A stretch of 64,000 bases of DNA from Oikopleura dioica. Taxonomy: Eukaryota; Animalia; Chordata. Below, in pieces: positions 1 to 11,635 of this stretch (the stretch's first letter is position 1; every line of letters starts with the position of its first letter). The DNA is taken from NCBI GenBank assembly GCA_907165135.1, contig OU015568.1:6386001-6450000 (forward strand), read 5' to 3'. The notes beneath the pieces were generated by a model. That model saw only the letters and a program-made list of their open reading frames with translations, made no database searches and had not been told where the DNA came from. A program made the translations under genes and the position numbers.

Positions 1-127
1 CCGACGCCCGAATTTCCTTCGACTCGCAATCGGAAGGTTTCAATTTACTCAATTATCAATTCAGGAACGTCATACAATCACAGCTAAAATTTTATACAGT
101 TAGAAAATATGCTTCACAATTCGCCAA

Positions 128-202
128 GAAAACCTGAGTCAGGGACTGAAAGATCTTCGAAGCTTCTTATTAAAGATCCTTTAGACCCTGACTCAGGTTT
201 TA
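128..202. mobile_element. Short copy of a MITE-like foldback family (CCTGAGTCAGG family)
   Basis: Arms aaaacctgagtcaggg (129-144) and ccctgactcaggtttt (186-201) are inverted repeats. The same arms recur at 14328, 15371 and 22731. Confidence 0.7.
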
Positions 203-445
203 TGGACAGGCTCCTTGCTTAGAAACTGTCTGACAAATCGAGAAAAGCTGCTTTTCAGAAAAAATGCGTGCCATCCCGAAAAGTCAAATCCCAAAACCTT
301 AATTTCTGTCCCCATTGCCCCCACTGTGCAAATACATATTCGAAGAAATAAAATTATTATAAAATTTTATTAATTAAAATAACACATTGGAATACTTTGA
401 AGAAATGGCAGTGAACATGAGGATTGTCTACGATTGAAAAATAAT

Positions 446-1472
446 TTATAAAACTTCATCTTTGAACGCAGCGTTAATTTGTCCAGAAACACTTGGAACG
501 GGCGATTTAGGCACTTCGATCGCAGAAGCCCGGGGAAGAGCCTCAAACTCTTTGAGTCGAAGAAGCTTTCGAAAATAAGGTAGAGCTCGACGGTTTGTCC
601 AGCCGTAGATAAAGCCATTTGTGATGGATGAAAGTCGCAGTGAAGTCATTGTAAAATCGACGTCCAAAGGTGCTCCACCGTAGAGCCAGCCAAAAGAAGT
701 AACGATGAATGGAATGGATAAAACAGCTTGAAAGCCGACCGAGATTGCTAGAAATCATTGTCACTAGAATTTCGCAACGAATTAACTTACCAAGGCGGCG
801 GAAGCTCAAATCTCGCTCAGTCGGAAATCTTTTGATGATGTTCTGGTGAGTTAGATACGAGCAAACTCCGTTGCCAGCAATTGATATCAAGCTCATAACT
901 GCAGGAATGACAAATGCGAAATCTTCGTGCTCAGATCGTAAAAAGCCTGAGCAAATGCAAGTAGCAAGTGAAAGAGAAAGTATTGTTCCGATTCCAAGCC
1001 CGGCGTCGAATGTTAAACCAGCGACATCACGTGAAGCTAGAATCGTTGAATCGCAATTCTACACTTTCATTCTGTACCTTGAAGTCTGTAAATTCCAATA
1101 AAGCTCAAAGTCACAGCCGGAGCGGTCAGCAGAGCAATTTCAGAACCGATGAAAATAGCGTCGCCAATTCCAGTAATCACTCCTGTTATTCTCAGCGAAA
1201 GGAGGACATTACCAACGAAAGCGTTCAAAAAATCGAAGGAAAGCAGAATCAGGACAAATTTGAGCACAAGAAGAGTTCTGTATTGCCCTTGTTCTCCAGC
1301 ATTTAGGCCTCTTTTTGCAGAAATAGCCCAAATAAGAGAAAGAGTGGATCCAAGCAACCAGATTAATGAAGCGAAAACTTCAATAAAAATATGTTTAATT
1401 GTTATTTTAAATTTTTTTACCAAGTAAAACAACAGTAGCTCCACAAGGCTCGGGATTTGAACACAGGCCCAT
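446..1472 (-). CDS. Divergent multi-pass membrane protein, probably a 7TM/GPCR-like receptor (multi-exon)
   Basis: ATG at 1472 (MGLCSNPEPCGATVVLL), GT-AG intron, then hydrophobic segments (VFASLIWLLGSTLSLIW, LLVLKFVLILLSFDFLNAFVG, FAFVIPAVMSLISIAG). The last exon has TNGFIYGW, resembling the TM7 NPxxY motif. Exon joins are approximate. Confidence 0.5.
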
Positions 1473-1941
1473 GTTTTCTGTTTCTTCCCTTTTTCAGTAG
1501 AATCTCTGTTCGAGGCGCATTGTTTTTTGTCTGATTGAATGGTCGCGCTTTCAGCGGGGCGTTCGCTTTAACAAATTCGTTTTGTTTGACGAGGCCGAGC
1601 TTGGCCGTGAGCCGACCAGCATTGAAGTTTTTTTTCTGAGCTCAAGCGCCCACGCGCCGGATCATCCGACTGATGATTCTTCTCTCTTTTTCTTCTTCGA
1701 TTTTGTGCAGTTGAGATTTTTTTTTCTCGGATGGAAACGCTGGCGAGGGTAATTTTTGCAGCTAGAATTATTAATTATTGAAGCTCTGAATAAGTAGCGC
1801 GTTCAATTAATTTTGGGAAGATGCCAGAGTGCTGTGACTTCAGGCGAATTGTGTTTTTTTAAATTATCAGAAGAATTTTATGAAGGAAACCTCCTTATTT
1901 ATTAAAGTAATAATCTTTTACAGATTTTTGGCAGTAATTTA

Positions 1942-4900
1942 TTAAACTAAAAAAGTTGTAATAACCAAATAATTAAAAAGTGCGAAAACAAGGAAGAAAA
2001 CTTTGCAGAGGAGAAAACTTTCCGGGTTCTCTTTGAGCTTCACATTTTCAAACAGGGTTTGGAAGATGAACACTCGAGGATCTGGTGGAGTCGGAGTCGG
2101 TGGAGGCACATACGAGGCGCATTTCACTAGAAAAAGATGAGTTTTTGGTCGATTCGGATTTTTGATCGCTTACCAGAGGCTACAGTCATTCCATCTTTTT
2201 TCAGCGCCATTCCTTCCGGACAATTTGTCTCGCTATCAGCGCTTTTTGGGGGCGGAGAAATGGGCTTTTACTACAATTAAGACATTCCTCTGCCCCTTTC
2301 CTGTAAAACATGCCATGATTTCGAACAAACAGGCTCCATTTCCGAGCATTTCTTTCAAAAGACAAGTAATTTCCCGACCCAACTTTGTAAAAAACAAGCT
2401 GTCCTTCTATTGCCGCCTTTTTCAAGTTATACTCTCCCTCTTGTCCGAATTTGTCGCCGTCGACGGGCTCAATGATCATTTTGAAACAGCAAACTTCGTC
2501 CTCGAAAATGATCTTTTCAGCCGTCGTCGTTGTCTTCATCGACGGGGTTGGTGCTAGCGTGCTTTTGAGTTTTTGGAAAACGACTCCTTCCCAAGGATTT
2601 TCTTCGATTTGAAACATTTGGAGGGTCGTTGTTGTTTGCGTGTTGAAAACGGAAACTGTCGAAGTTGTCTTGGTTGTTGATGCTCTTGGAGGGACGAATT
2701 CCTTGATCAATCGAAGACGAAAGGGGCCAAATGGTCTGTCGATGTTAAAATCTAAAAATGAAGAAAGAAAATGAGGTATTTATCTTTACCCGTGAGAAGA
2801 CCAAGAATACGATATTGCCCGTCTTTTCCGATTGGACAGTATATTGGGCTGCCAACATCAATATTTTGAAAAGTCCAGAATCGTAACTCGCGAATTTTCG
2901 TTGAAAATTCAAGAATTTTGCCATCTTCAAGCAAATCCAAAAAATATATTTTCAGATTGAGAACACTAAGTGGCTCGTGAATTTTGGGATAATATTTTTT
3001 CGTTCTTTTTTACAAGATTTTCAATTTTTCACCGAAAAATTACTTCGTTTTTTTTTATAAAAATCGCTCCTGAATTCGGGATCTTCTTGTTTTGTAAAGC
3101 AAAATTGCATTCCCTCAAGTCTCTTTTCCATCGCGTTTTCGATTTCGCCTTGAAGTGGAATCAGGTTATTCTGCCAGCTCTTAGTGGGTGTCATCCAAAT
3201 GATGAAAAATCCATCATCTCGTTCGTTGAACCAAGTCATGTTCGATTTATGAGAGCTTGACTTGTGGACCTCAGAATAGTCGATTTGAGCGTATTTGAGA
3301 TTGATGAACTCCTCAAGGTCGTGAGAAGTCGACTTTTTGATACAAGACGATACTAAAAAATTCAACAACCTAAAATATTTTGATTTCGGTCCTTACATGT
3401 GACGAAGGCGTAAGACTTTGTATTGTACATCCCAGTAATTGGTATCACATCCGACAGAATAAATCCATTACAACCAACTGAAAGCTCTGAGCCAGGAAAT
3501 CCAGAGAAAAGTCTACCAAAGCGCTGCTTTTCAGTATTCTTATTGATCGGTTCCCAATGAGTATATTGAGTCGTTTGGGTAGTCGTCGTTGTTGTCACTT
3601 TCGTCACTGGAGTAGGAGCTAGTGCTGGCTTAGTTGTTGAGGCTCTCGGAGAGGCGAATTCGTTAATCAATCGAAGCCGGAATGGTCCGAAAGGCTTGTC
3701 GATGTTGTAGTCTGAAAAAAACAATTCAGAAAAAAAAACACTTGGTTTTGTCTTTACCCGTAAGTAAACCGAGAATTCGATATCTTCCATTTTTACCGAT
3801 CGGGCAGTAAATGGGGATGCCGACATCATAATTTTGAAAAGTCCAGAATCGTTGCTCCCGCATTTTCGCCGAAAATTCTAGCTCTTTCCCGTTTTCTACA
3901 AGCTCGAGAAAGTAAATTTTCAAATTGAGAATTGCGAGATGGCCCTGATCGTTCTGATAAAAGTTGGTTTCTCTAAATTCCGGGTCTTCTTGTTTCGTAA
4001 AGCAATATTGCATCCCCTCAAGTCGTTTTTCCATCGCATCTTCTATCTCGCCTTGTCCTGGAATCAAGTGATTTTGAAGACTTTTCGTCGTTGTCATCCA
4101 AATGATAAAAAATCCATCATCTCGATCGTCGAACGAAGTAATGTTGCCTTTCTTAGAGCTAGAGTAGAACTCGGAATAGTCGATTTTTGCTTGTTTAAGT
4201 TCCATTAATTCTTGAAGGTCTTTTGCACTCGACTTTTCGATGCAAGATGAAACTAAATAGGTTTTATAAATACTTTTTATAAAAGCTCTTACGAGTGACG
4301 AATGCGTTGGACTTTTTCGAAATCATCCCAGTAATCTCTGGTATCTCATCAGTTAGAATAAATCCATTGCAGCCAGCAGAAAGCTCTGAACCAGGAAATC
4401 CAGAGAAAAGTCTCCCAAAGTGTTGTTTATGACTGTTTTCAGTTTGTGGTTCCCAGTGAATGCATTGCGTTGTTTGAGTTGTCGTCGTTGTTGTCACTTT
4501 TGTGATCGGAGTCGGAGGTAGACCCGCTGCCGTTGTTGTTCTTTTTTGAGGACGAGTGTAATCAGTGATTTTGAAGATTGAGTAGCGACCTTTGTTTTTG
4601 CTTGAAGTTGTGTCCAAGAGCCCGATGATTTTGTAAGTTGAAGAGATGTCATGATGAGCGCAGTAAACTGGAGTTCCACAGTTTGTGCCAGAGAACTCCA
4701 TCATTTCAGTTTCTCCTACCGCCTGTACTTCCAAAAATGCATCTCGAGACTTTGTCACGTAAATGTGAAAGTACTCTAACTCCAAAAACTTTATCATGTC
4801 TACCGCTGAAGCCATCGACAGATCGAGATCTTCTAGCGATTTCAGTGGAGTCTTGATGAAACAGGAGAGTCTTCCCTTGCTCTCGTAGAATCTGCTGAGC

Positions 4901-7555
4901 TCGTCGGAGGTCGGTAAGAAAATCATGTTATGTTGTTTCCTGATTGAATGTAGATCTGATCTAAAGATAGACAGGCCGTTTGGGAGATTTTCTTGAGATG
5001 AGAGATAAGTTCTGAGTCTCTTATCCGGCGAATAATGGAAAAAGGACCGGTCAGCGTCGAATTGATTTCTCAATTTCAGTCGTTCTTCGATATCGAGAAC
5101 ATTTTCTCCGACGCACTTTTGCACTAAAACTCTCTTTACTGATCCACCCGTAGAAGTTTTATCTTACAGGTGATGAAGGTGGAAGAGTCAAGCATAATTC
5201 CTCGAGCTAGGATTTTAGTTTCACTGGGGCCATTTTCAATCAGCTTTGCATAAAGCTGGTTCGATGCATGTTCTGTTATTTTTTCGATAGTCTTCGTTGT
5301 TGTCAAAGATGTTGTCGTTGTTTCTGTTGGTTGGGGAGTTGGTATTGAAAATGATGGCGGAGTTGTTGGTTTGGCGTATTTGGTGATAAGTTGGACTCGG
5401 TGCGGCCCATTTCGTCGGCTTCGGCCTTCGATGGAAAAGAGGCCAATCCAGGGCTGGTAAATTAGCGCACTATTTTCTCTCGAAGAAAAAAAAATTAGTG
5501 CACTAATTTTTATTAGAGACTTTTTCGCGTCTTTCGCGCCTTTAGTGCACTAAAATGACACTAATTTTTCCTCTTGGGGAAATTAGTGACTTTTCGAGAG
5601 CTGATCAGCACTAAAGACGCGAAAAAAGAGGCTCTTTTTCATCATCCAATAGGCTCTTCCCGGATGATAGTTTCATGGAAGTTGATTTTGTTCAGGGAAG
5701 AATTTCTTCAAACTGAAACTGCTAGATATATAAAAATCAATGCATCGTAAATATGACACAATTTAATTTTAAAAAAATTACTTATTTAGTAACAAATAAT
5801 TTGAAAAGAATAAAAGTCAACTTTTGTTGGAAATTCTTTTTGTCGAGTTAAATGATGAGGTAAGATAAGCTTTTCTAGGGACAGGGTTTGAAATCTGAAA
5901 ATTTTGCGTGAGCACGGGGCTGCTCAAATTTCAGTGAGCATGAGCACGCGTGAGCACGGGGATGCTAAAATTTTCGTGAGCATGAGCACGCGTGAGCATG
6001 CTCATTGAGCTCACTCACGTGCTCATGAACAGCTCATGCTCACGTGCAAATGAGCAGCTCATGCTCACTTGCTTATGACTCATCATAAGTTATGAGCTGC
6101 TAGTGTGCCTAGAGTATTTTTATAATTTTAAATTAAAACCATAATAAAATTAAAATCTTGGATAATTTGGTCCTAAAAGGTCCTAGCCAATGTCAAGCCC
6201 CTTCAAAAATCAAGGAATGTGCTCATGAGCACAGAATTTGCCCTCCCAGAGATCAATGAACATGAGCTCACGACTTCGCTCTATAATATGTGAGCATGAG
6301 CACGCGTGAGCACGAGGGGCCTAGAATTCTGTGAGCATGAGCACGCGTGAAAATTAGGGAGAAAACCTCCCTAAGAAAGCTTATCTTAGGCTAAAAGTCT
6401 AAGCTTATCATTCGAATCCAGCACAAAAAGAGTTGCAAACAAAAGTTGAATTGTATTTTTCCCTATATAATATAGGCTATATTTGTTACTTTATATTTAT
6501 AAAGAAAATTAACAAATGAATTGACAAAGTCTTTTTTGACTTTATAATGAAATTCACGCCCTCAATTACCCAATCCACTTTATTGAAACTAAACTTTTTG
6601 AATTTCTAATATTAGCGAAGTTTGAAGTTCTCAAACTTACGTATTCTTTAGAATTAAAGAACCCGGGCTCATTGGCGGGCCAATCAACAGCTCTTATTTT
6701 CGACACTTTTCGAGACACACGCGAAAGAGACGCGAAAGTCACTAAAGTCTCGACAAAATAAATTCGCGCACTAATTTTAGTGCACTAAAAATTTTCGACA
6801 GATTTTAGGACGCGAATTTACCAGCCCTGGGCCAATCAGCTGATGAGTCCCGCTTGATGGCAATTTACAGTAAAGAGGATCGCCACATTCGAATCCTCGT
6901 ATATCCTTGCTTGGTTTTACTTCACAATAGCTGCCATCCGCGCTGATATGAGAAATTGTTTGCTTGTGATGCAGCGGGAACATGTCGTTCCGCCTGATTC
7001 GGAAGATCATACAGTCCAAAGAAACACCACTTTTGAGGCGAGTTCGAAGGTGAGAAGCAGGAGGAATGCGAAGGATGTCGTTATGTACCTCTGTCGTTCT
7101 ATCTTGATTTGATCAGATTTCATTAGTCCAATAATAAAGTACCTGTTCGAAGGATGGCGAAATTGCCCTCAACTTTAGCTCCATAAACATCCGCGCTTTC
7201 CAAACCTCTTTCGGGCAAACGCTCCTTGGTCGAGTAGTCGACAAACAGTTTATGGCCAAGCATTGCTTTCTCCAAAATATCCCGATTGTTGAGAGTCGTC
7301 AGATCCGTCGTGGTATCATCTGATTGTGTCACGCACTCTTTCACTAGAATTAAACTGATGCAAGTGTTGCTGGCTTCTTTGCCACTCACGGGTCATGAAG
7401 GTATTCCGATTGTACATAAACCCATTTATTCTTGCTGAAGCAACTTGAATTGGCCCATTTGAGTAAATTTTTGCTAAGCGGAATTTCCGGAACCAAGTCG
7501 TGTCCATTCCAGCTTCGACAAAAGCCAAAATGAATAGCTTTATTAACTCTCTCAT
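1942..7555 (-). CDS. Secreted or membrane-anchored protein with four tandem degenerate trypsin-like (S1) domains separated by Thr-rich linkers
   Basis: Signal peptide MRELIKLFILAFVEAG at 7555 and an RING(F) motif resembling the R-IVGG activation site. Four repeats each carry a T-L-x-x-C motif split by a phase-1 intron at the same position, a CNGFIL motif (repeats 3 and 4), and a (D/N/E)(V/C)GxPxYC...ILGLL motif. TTTTT linkers; hydrophobic C-terminus in the 1942-2127 ORF. Interrupted by the hAT element. Confidence 0.7.
5449..6829. mobile_element. Non-autonomous hAT-type DNA transposon
   Basis: Perfect 15 bp TIRs CAGGGCTGGTAAATT (5449-5463 and 6815-6829), 8 bp TSD GGCCAATC (5441-5448 and 6830-6837), subterminal TAGTGCACTA and (GA)CGCGAAA repeats at both ends, no transposase ORF. 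An 8 bp TSD with CAG termini is typical of hAT. Confidence 0.9.
5770..6510. mobile_element. Foldback/MITE-like segment inside the hAT element, with a GTGAGCATGAGCACGC repeat core
   Basis: Inverted arms taagataagcttttctaggg (5861-5880) and ccctaagaaagcttatctta (6369-6388). Outer imperfect arms tcaacttttgtt / acaaaagttga and agtaacaaata / tatttgttact. Many direct and inverted copies of gtgagcatgagcacgc between 5907 and 6350. Outer boundaries are approximate. Confidence 0.65.
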
Positions 7556-7813
7556 TTTCAAACCAATTTTTATTTTAACATAAGACACAATTTAAACTTT
7601 TCTATCTAGAAACATCAATGAAGAGCGAAGAATTACTGTAAGTAAAAATCAGCATTTATCAAAACTGATAAAGTTCGATCGATTGATGAAACAAATCAGC
7701 ACCATGTCGGAGTCCCCATCAATCAATTTCCAGCTTGTACGAATTAATTGCATTTACAGACAATCGACTGTCAGATTGCCAAAAAAAATCTTCACCAGCA
7801 TAACGAAAAAAGA

Positions 7814-9162
7814 ATGGCCTGGCATATCATAGAGAAACTGCTTGAAGAAGTTGCAAAACACTCGACTTTTGTTGGAAAAGTCTGGATCACGGCGATATTC
7901 CTCTTCAGAATCGTCGTCGTTACTAGAATTTGCGACACAGTTTATCACGACGAGCAGGCAGCTTTCCGCTGCAATATCAAACAGCCCGGTTGTGAAAACG
8001 TCTGCTTCAACGATTTCAGCCCAATAAGCCACGTGAGATTTTGGGGATTTCAAATCATTGCCGTTGCTTTACCCTCGATCTTGTTCATCGTTTACGCAGC
8101 TCATGAAGTCGGGAGGAAGATTTCACGACCGGCAGGGAATCAGAAACTGGGCACGATAAAAGGACCCATTGGAAGAATCGGCAGTCGTCTAAGAACCCAT
8201 GCGCGATCTCAAAGAAACTCAAAGTATGTTTTTTCAATGAAAAAGTTTTTAAATAATTTTAGGCCAATAACGGGAAACAGTCTATTCGAGCAGAAACCAA
8301 AGAATACGAAAGATTATTTCAAAAAATTTTTGAAATTTCTTTTCTCGAAAAAACGCACCAGAAGAACTTTGGCCAAGCAGAAGAAGAAGTCGATTGAAGA
8401 AACCGCTGGCCAGGAGGGCGAAATCAAACAGATAGAGCTGAATCTCTGCAGAGGATACATTATACAGTCGGTTGTCAGATGCGTTGTTGAGATTTTCTTC
8501 GCTTTCTTCCAGGTACTTTTTTTATAAGTGAGCAGCTTTTTCTATTCCTTCTTTTGTAGTACCGACTTTTTGGATTTGAAGTCCCGGAAGTAGTTAAATG
8601 CAACCTCGATCCTTGCCCAAACTCTGTCGACTGCTACATCTCTAGGCCAAAAGAAAAACGAATCTTGTTGATCTTCATGTTTTGCATCTGCATTCTTTGC
8701 ATCTTCCTGAATCTTTTGGAGATTGGAACATTCATTTCATACAGGTTCTCTCGCTCTATTGCCATCATAGAAGGTTGACGAGTTTTTTTAGCGTGGAAAG
8801 ATATCTGGATGCGCGAAAAGAACTTCGAAAATCGGTGCGTGTGGCTGATTTCAACCCTGATAAAATTGTCCGGCGGTATTCTGTCGACCTTCTCAGGTAC
8901 AGTAGCAAATCAAAGAAGTATTTATAATATTATCAGAGATGATGATGATCACAAAAGCAAGTCGAAAGATTTCGGAATCGGTGATGGCTCAAAGCAGCAT
9001 AAAATGTACGCTAAATCGTTTCTTCACCCTGATGGTCCTACTGTAAGAAATCCATATTACAAGTTATTCATTAATGATCTTGCTGTTCAGAACCATCAAG
9101 AGTCTGAAGAAGAAGAATATCGAAGGCGCATTGATCTCGTCCATTCCGACAATTATATTTAG
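7814..9162 (+). CDS. Connexin (gap junction protein), multi-exon
   Basis: MAWHIIEKLLEEVAKHSTFVGKVWITAIFLFRI; EL1 CNIKQPGCENVCFNDFSPISHVRFW; EL2 CNLDPCPNSVDCYISRPKEK read at 8600-8660. GT-AG introns at about 8224-8262 and 8513-8560. Confidence 0.95.
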
Positions 9163-9410
9163 CATTTTACTGTTCACAACATTTCTTTAATATATCTTTT
9201 ATTGAACATTTATAATCTTGCTCCAACATACCGTGGGTTATTTACGGCCTCCATGCTTAGGCGAAATAAAATGATGCCCGAGTGATAGGAACAATAATTT
9301 TCAAATTATTTATGACCCTTTTTCGAGCGAGTTTTCCGCGCCGATCCATAAAATGACATTCCCGTCCAGTGTCCAATTAATTGAAATCGAGGAAAAAGCT
9401 ACAATTGCGA

Positions 9411-11635
9411 ATGAAGATAGAGATTGCGAATTTGGCGGCGTTGGCGCTCGCCTCGACCGAATGCCAGAAGAATTGGGAGAATACAGTGAACGAGTTGCTT
9501 CAGGACTCGAGGCAGCTGACGAGTTCTGTCGAAGCGGCGATGATTGATGGGATGAGTGGGAATTACGTCGCTAGAATCACCAGTTCTATGGCGGCGGTGG
9601 AGGAGAATATAAAGAACTGCCCGGAACTAGAATCTCTCTTGCCGAAAATAACAAGAATTGACAACACAATGAACTACTGTGCACCAGAGAGTATTCACGA
9701 TTCGATGAAATTGTCGCGAGAAAATATCGTTCGGCAACAAGGAAGAGTACCAAAAATTCATAATTCGGTAATCATCGGGATATTTTTATTGACTCACTAA
9801 AAGACCAAACCGATGAGCTCATCGGAAAGTACGAAAAAGCAATGGATACCCTCGATGACCTCAACCAAAAGTTATGGCACGAACTCTATCCGGCCGTGCC
9901 CGTCTCAGCTGCATCATTAATCGAACAGGTAAGTTCGGAAAATCATCATCATTCTTCCTTCATTTCCATTCCAAGAGCGAAGACTTGCTTGCTCAAATGC
10001 GAAAAGTTGTCGAGATCGACTCGAGACAAGCGCTTGATATTTCGCGCATAATAAGAAACGATGCAGAAGGAAAACTGAAAGAAGCGGAAGATGATTACAC
10101 TAGAATCAGTCATCAAGTGGACATTCTCATCTACGAAATCGAACCGGTTCTTGAACTCATCGCTGTCCAGGGATTCAATAAGCTTCTTTGCGGCGGAGGT
10201 ACCAGGAGTCCTCGCCCCTTGATATCATCAAACCGGTAATTCTAGATGCGAGAGAAGGCACTTGTGATGAAAAATGCGGTGGTGTTCTTTGCTCGCACTG
10301 TGGCGGACCTGGATGTGGTGGAGCAATCGACGATGCTGGGATCTCATCGGAAGCTGTTGATGATGTGGCTAGTCTTTTGGAGGATTTGATCAACAGGTCT
10401 CGAATTTTATTAAAGAAGGTAAGACAAAATCATTAGCATAATCATTTCATAATTTTGATAAGATAAAAGAAGGAAACTGGATCGAAGAGTCGAAATCGGC
10501 AAAGGTCGTTGCTGAACAACGCCTGGCGCAGGTAAAGTTAGAAAATAAGGAATCATGATCCAACAGTCAAAAGGCGGAAAGTAGAATGGAAGACATTTTC
10601 GACTGGATTCAAAGCTTCATTGATATGCTCAAGCTCTTCAACAGAGTAATCGAAAATGACAACAGCCCCGGAAGCCACCTGAAGATCCTGAACGAAATTC
10701 TCACGACACAGCTTCCTTTTGTGTAAGCTCTGAGAAATGCTTTCGAATATTACTTTTTTCTAGCGATCCATCCATCTGTCGTGAGCTCGAGCGGCTAAAT
10801 TTTGGGGGAGAAAAGCCCTTCAAAAAGCCGCGAGCGGGCGAATACGCCAGTGATGCATTCTATACTGCAGCGAAAGCGGCAAAATTGAAGTTCGCAACCG
10901 AAGGTTTGAGAAAACAGCTTAATGAAATTTACGAGCGCGTGATGATGCTGAACAGGATCTCCACCGGTGCAGCTGGAGGCGACTCTGATGACCCAGAGGT
11001 GTGTTCAACTCATTGTTTTAGCAATTGAACTCAATGAAAATACTCAGATTCAACGATTGAAGGATCAAATCCAAGACGACCTGGCATACCTTGAAGAGCT
11101 CATTCGCCTCTATCCCCAAGAAACATTGACGAAGAAGCAATACGAAATCCTCAGTGAAATCATAAACGAAATCAACAACGACATCATCATGGCTGAGACT
11201 CTCGCCGCCGATGCTGCTCTAGAAATGGAACCTGTCAAGACGGAATTTGATGAAATAATGGCAAGAGAGACAGAAGTCGTGGGCTTTGTTGATGATACCT
11301 TGGAAATCAAGGGGTAAGCCCGACCAAAAAAAATGAATTTTTTAACTCAAATTTCAGAATCGTCGACTCTCTTGAAAATTTCCAAGAAGGATTCAACAAC
11401 TTGACCAGAGAGATAGAAGCATACACCCAACAAGTCGAAGGTAACGCACCCCCTCTCTTGCCGACTCTTAATTTTTCAAGACTTGAGGAACGAGCTAAAC
11501 ATCAAGCGGCAAAGCTATGAAGAGGAGCTTGCCGAAGTCAAAACTCTTACTTTACAAATGGTAGCGATTCGCAAAGAAATTCACGAATACCATACGAAGA
11601 AGGATCCTCGCTCAAAATGTAAAGACTTCCGATAA
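9411..11635 (+). CDS. Laminin beta-like coiled-coil protein lacking the N-terminal LN and LE domains
   Basis: Putative signal peptide MKIEIANLAALALA, then ECQKNW, heptad-rich exons, an L-beta-knob motif CDEKCGGVLCSHCGGPGCGG (about 10260-10320), and a C-terminal Cys (…SKCKDFR*, stop 11633-11635). About ten short GT-AG introns. Confidence 0.75.

Noticed and set aside
7344-7390. Apparent frameshift between ORFs 7316-7588 and 7123-7389
   Set aside because: Explained by a ~47 nt GTGAG...TTCTAG intron giving T-L-K-E-C, matching the intron position in the other repeats.
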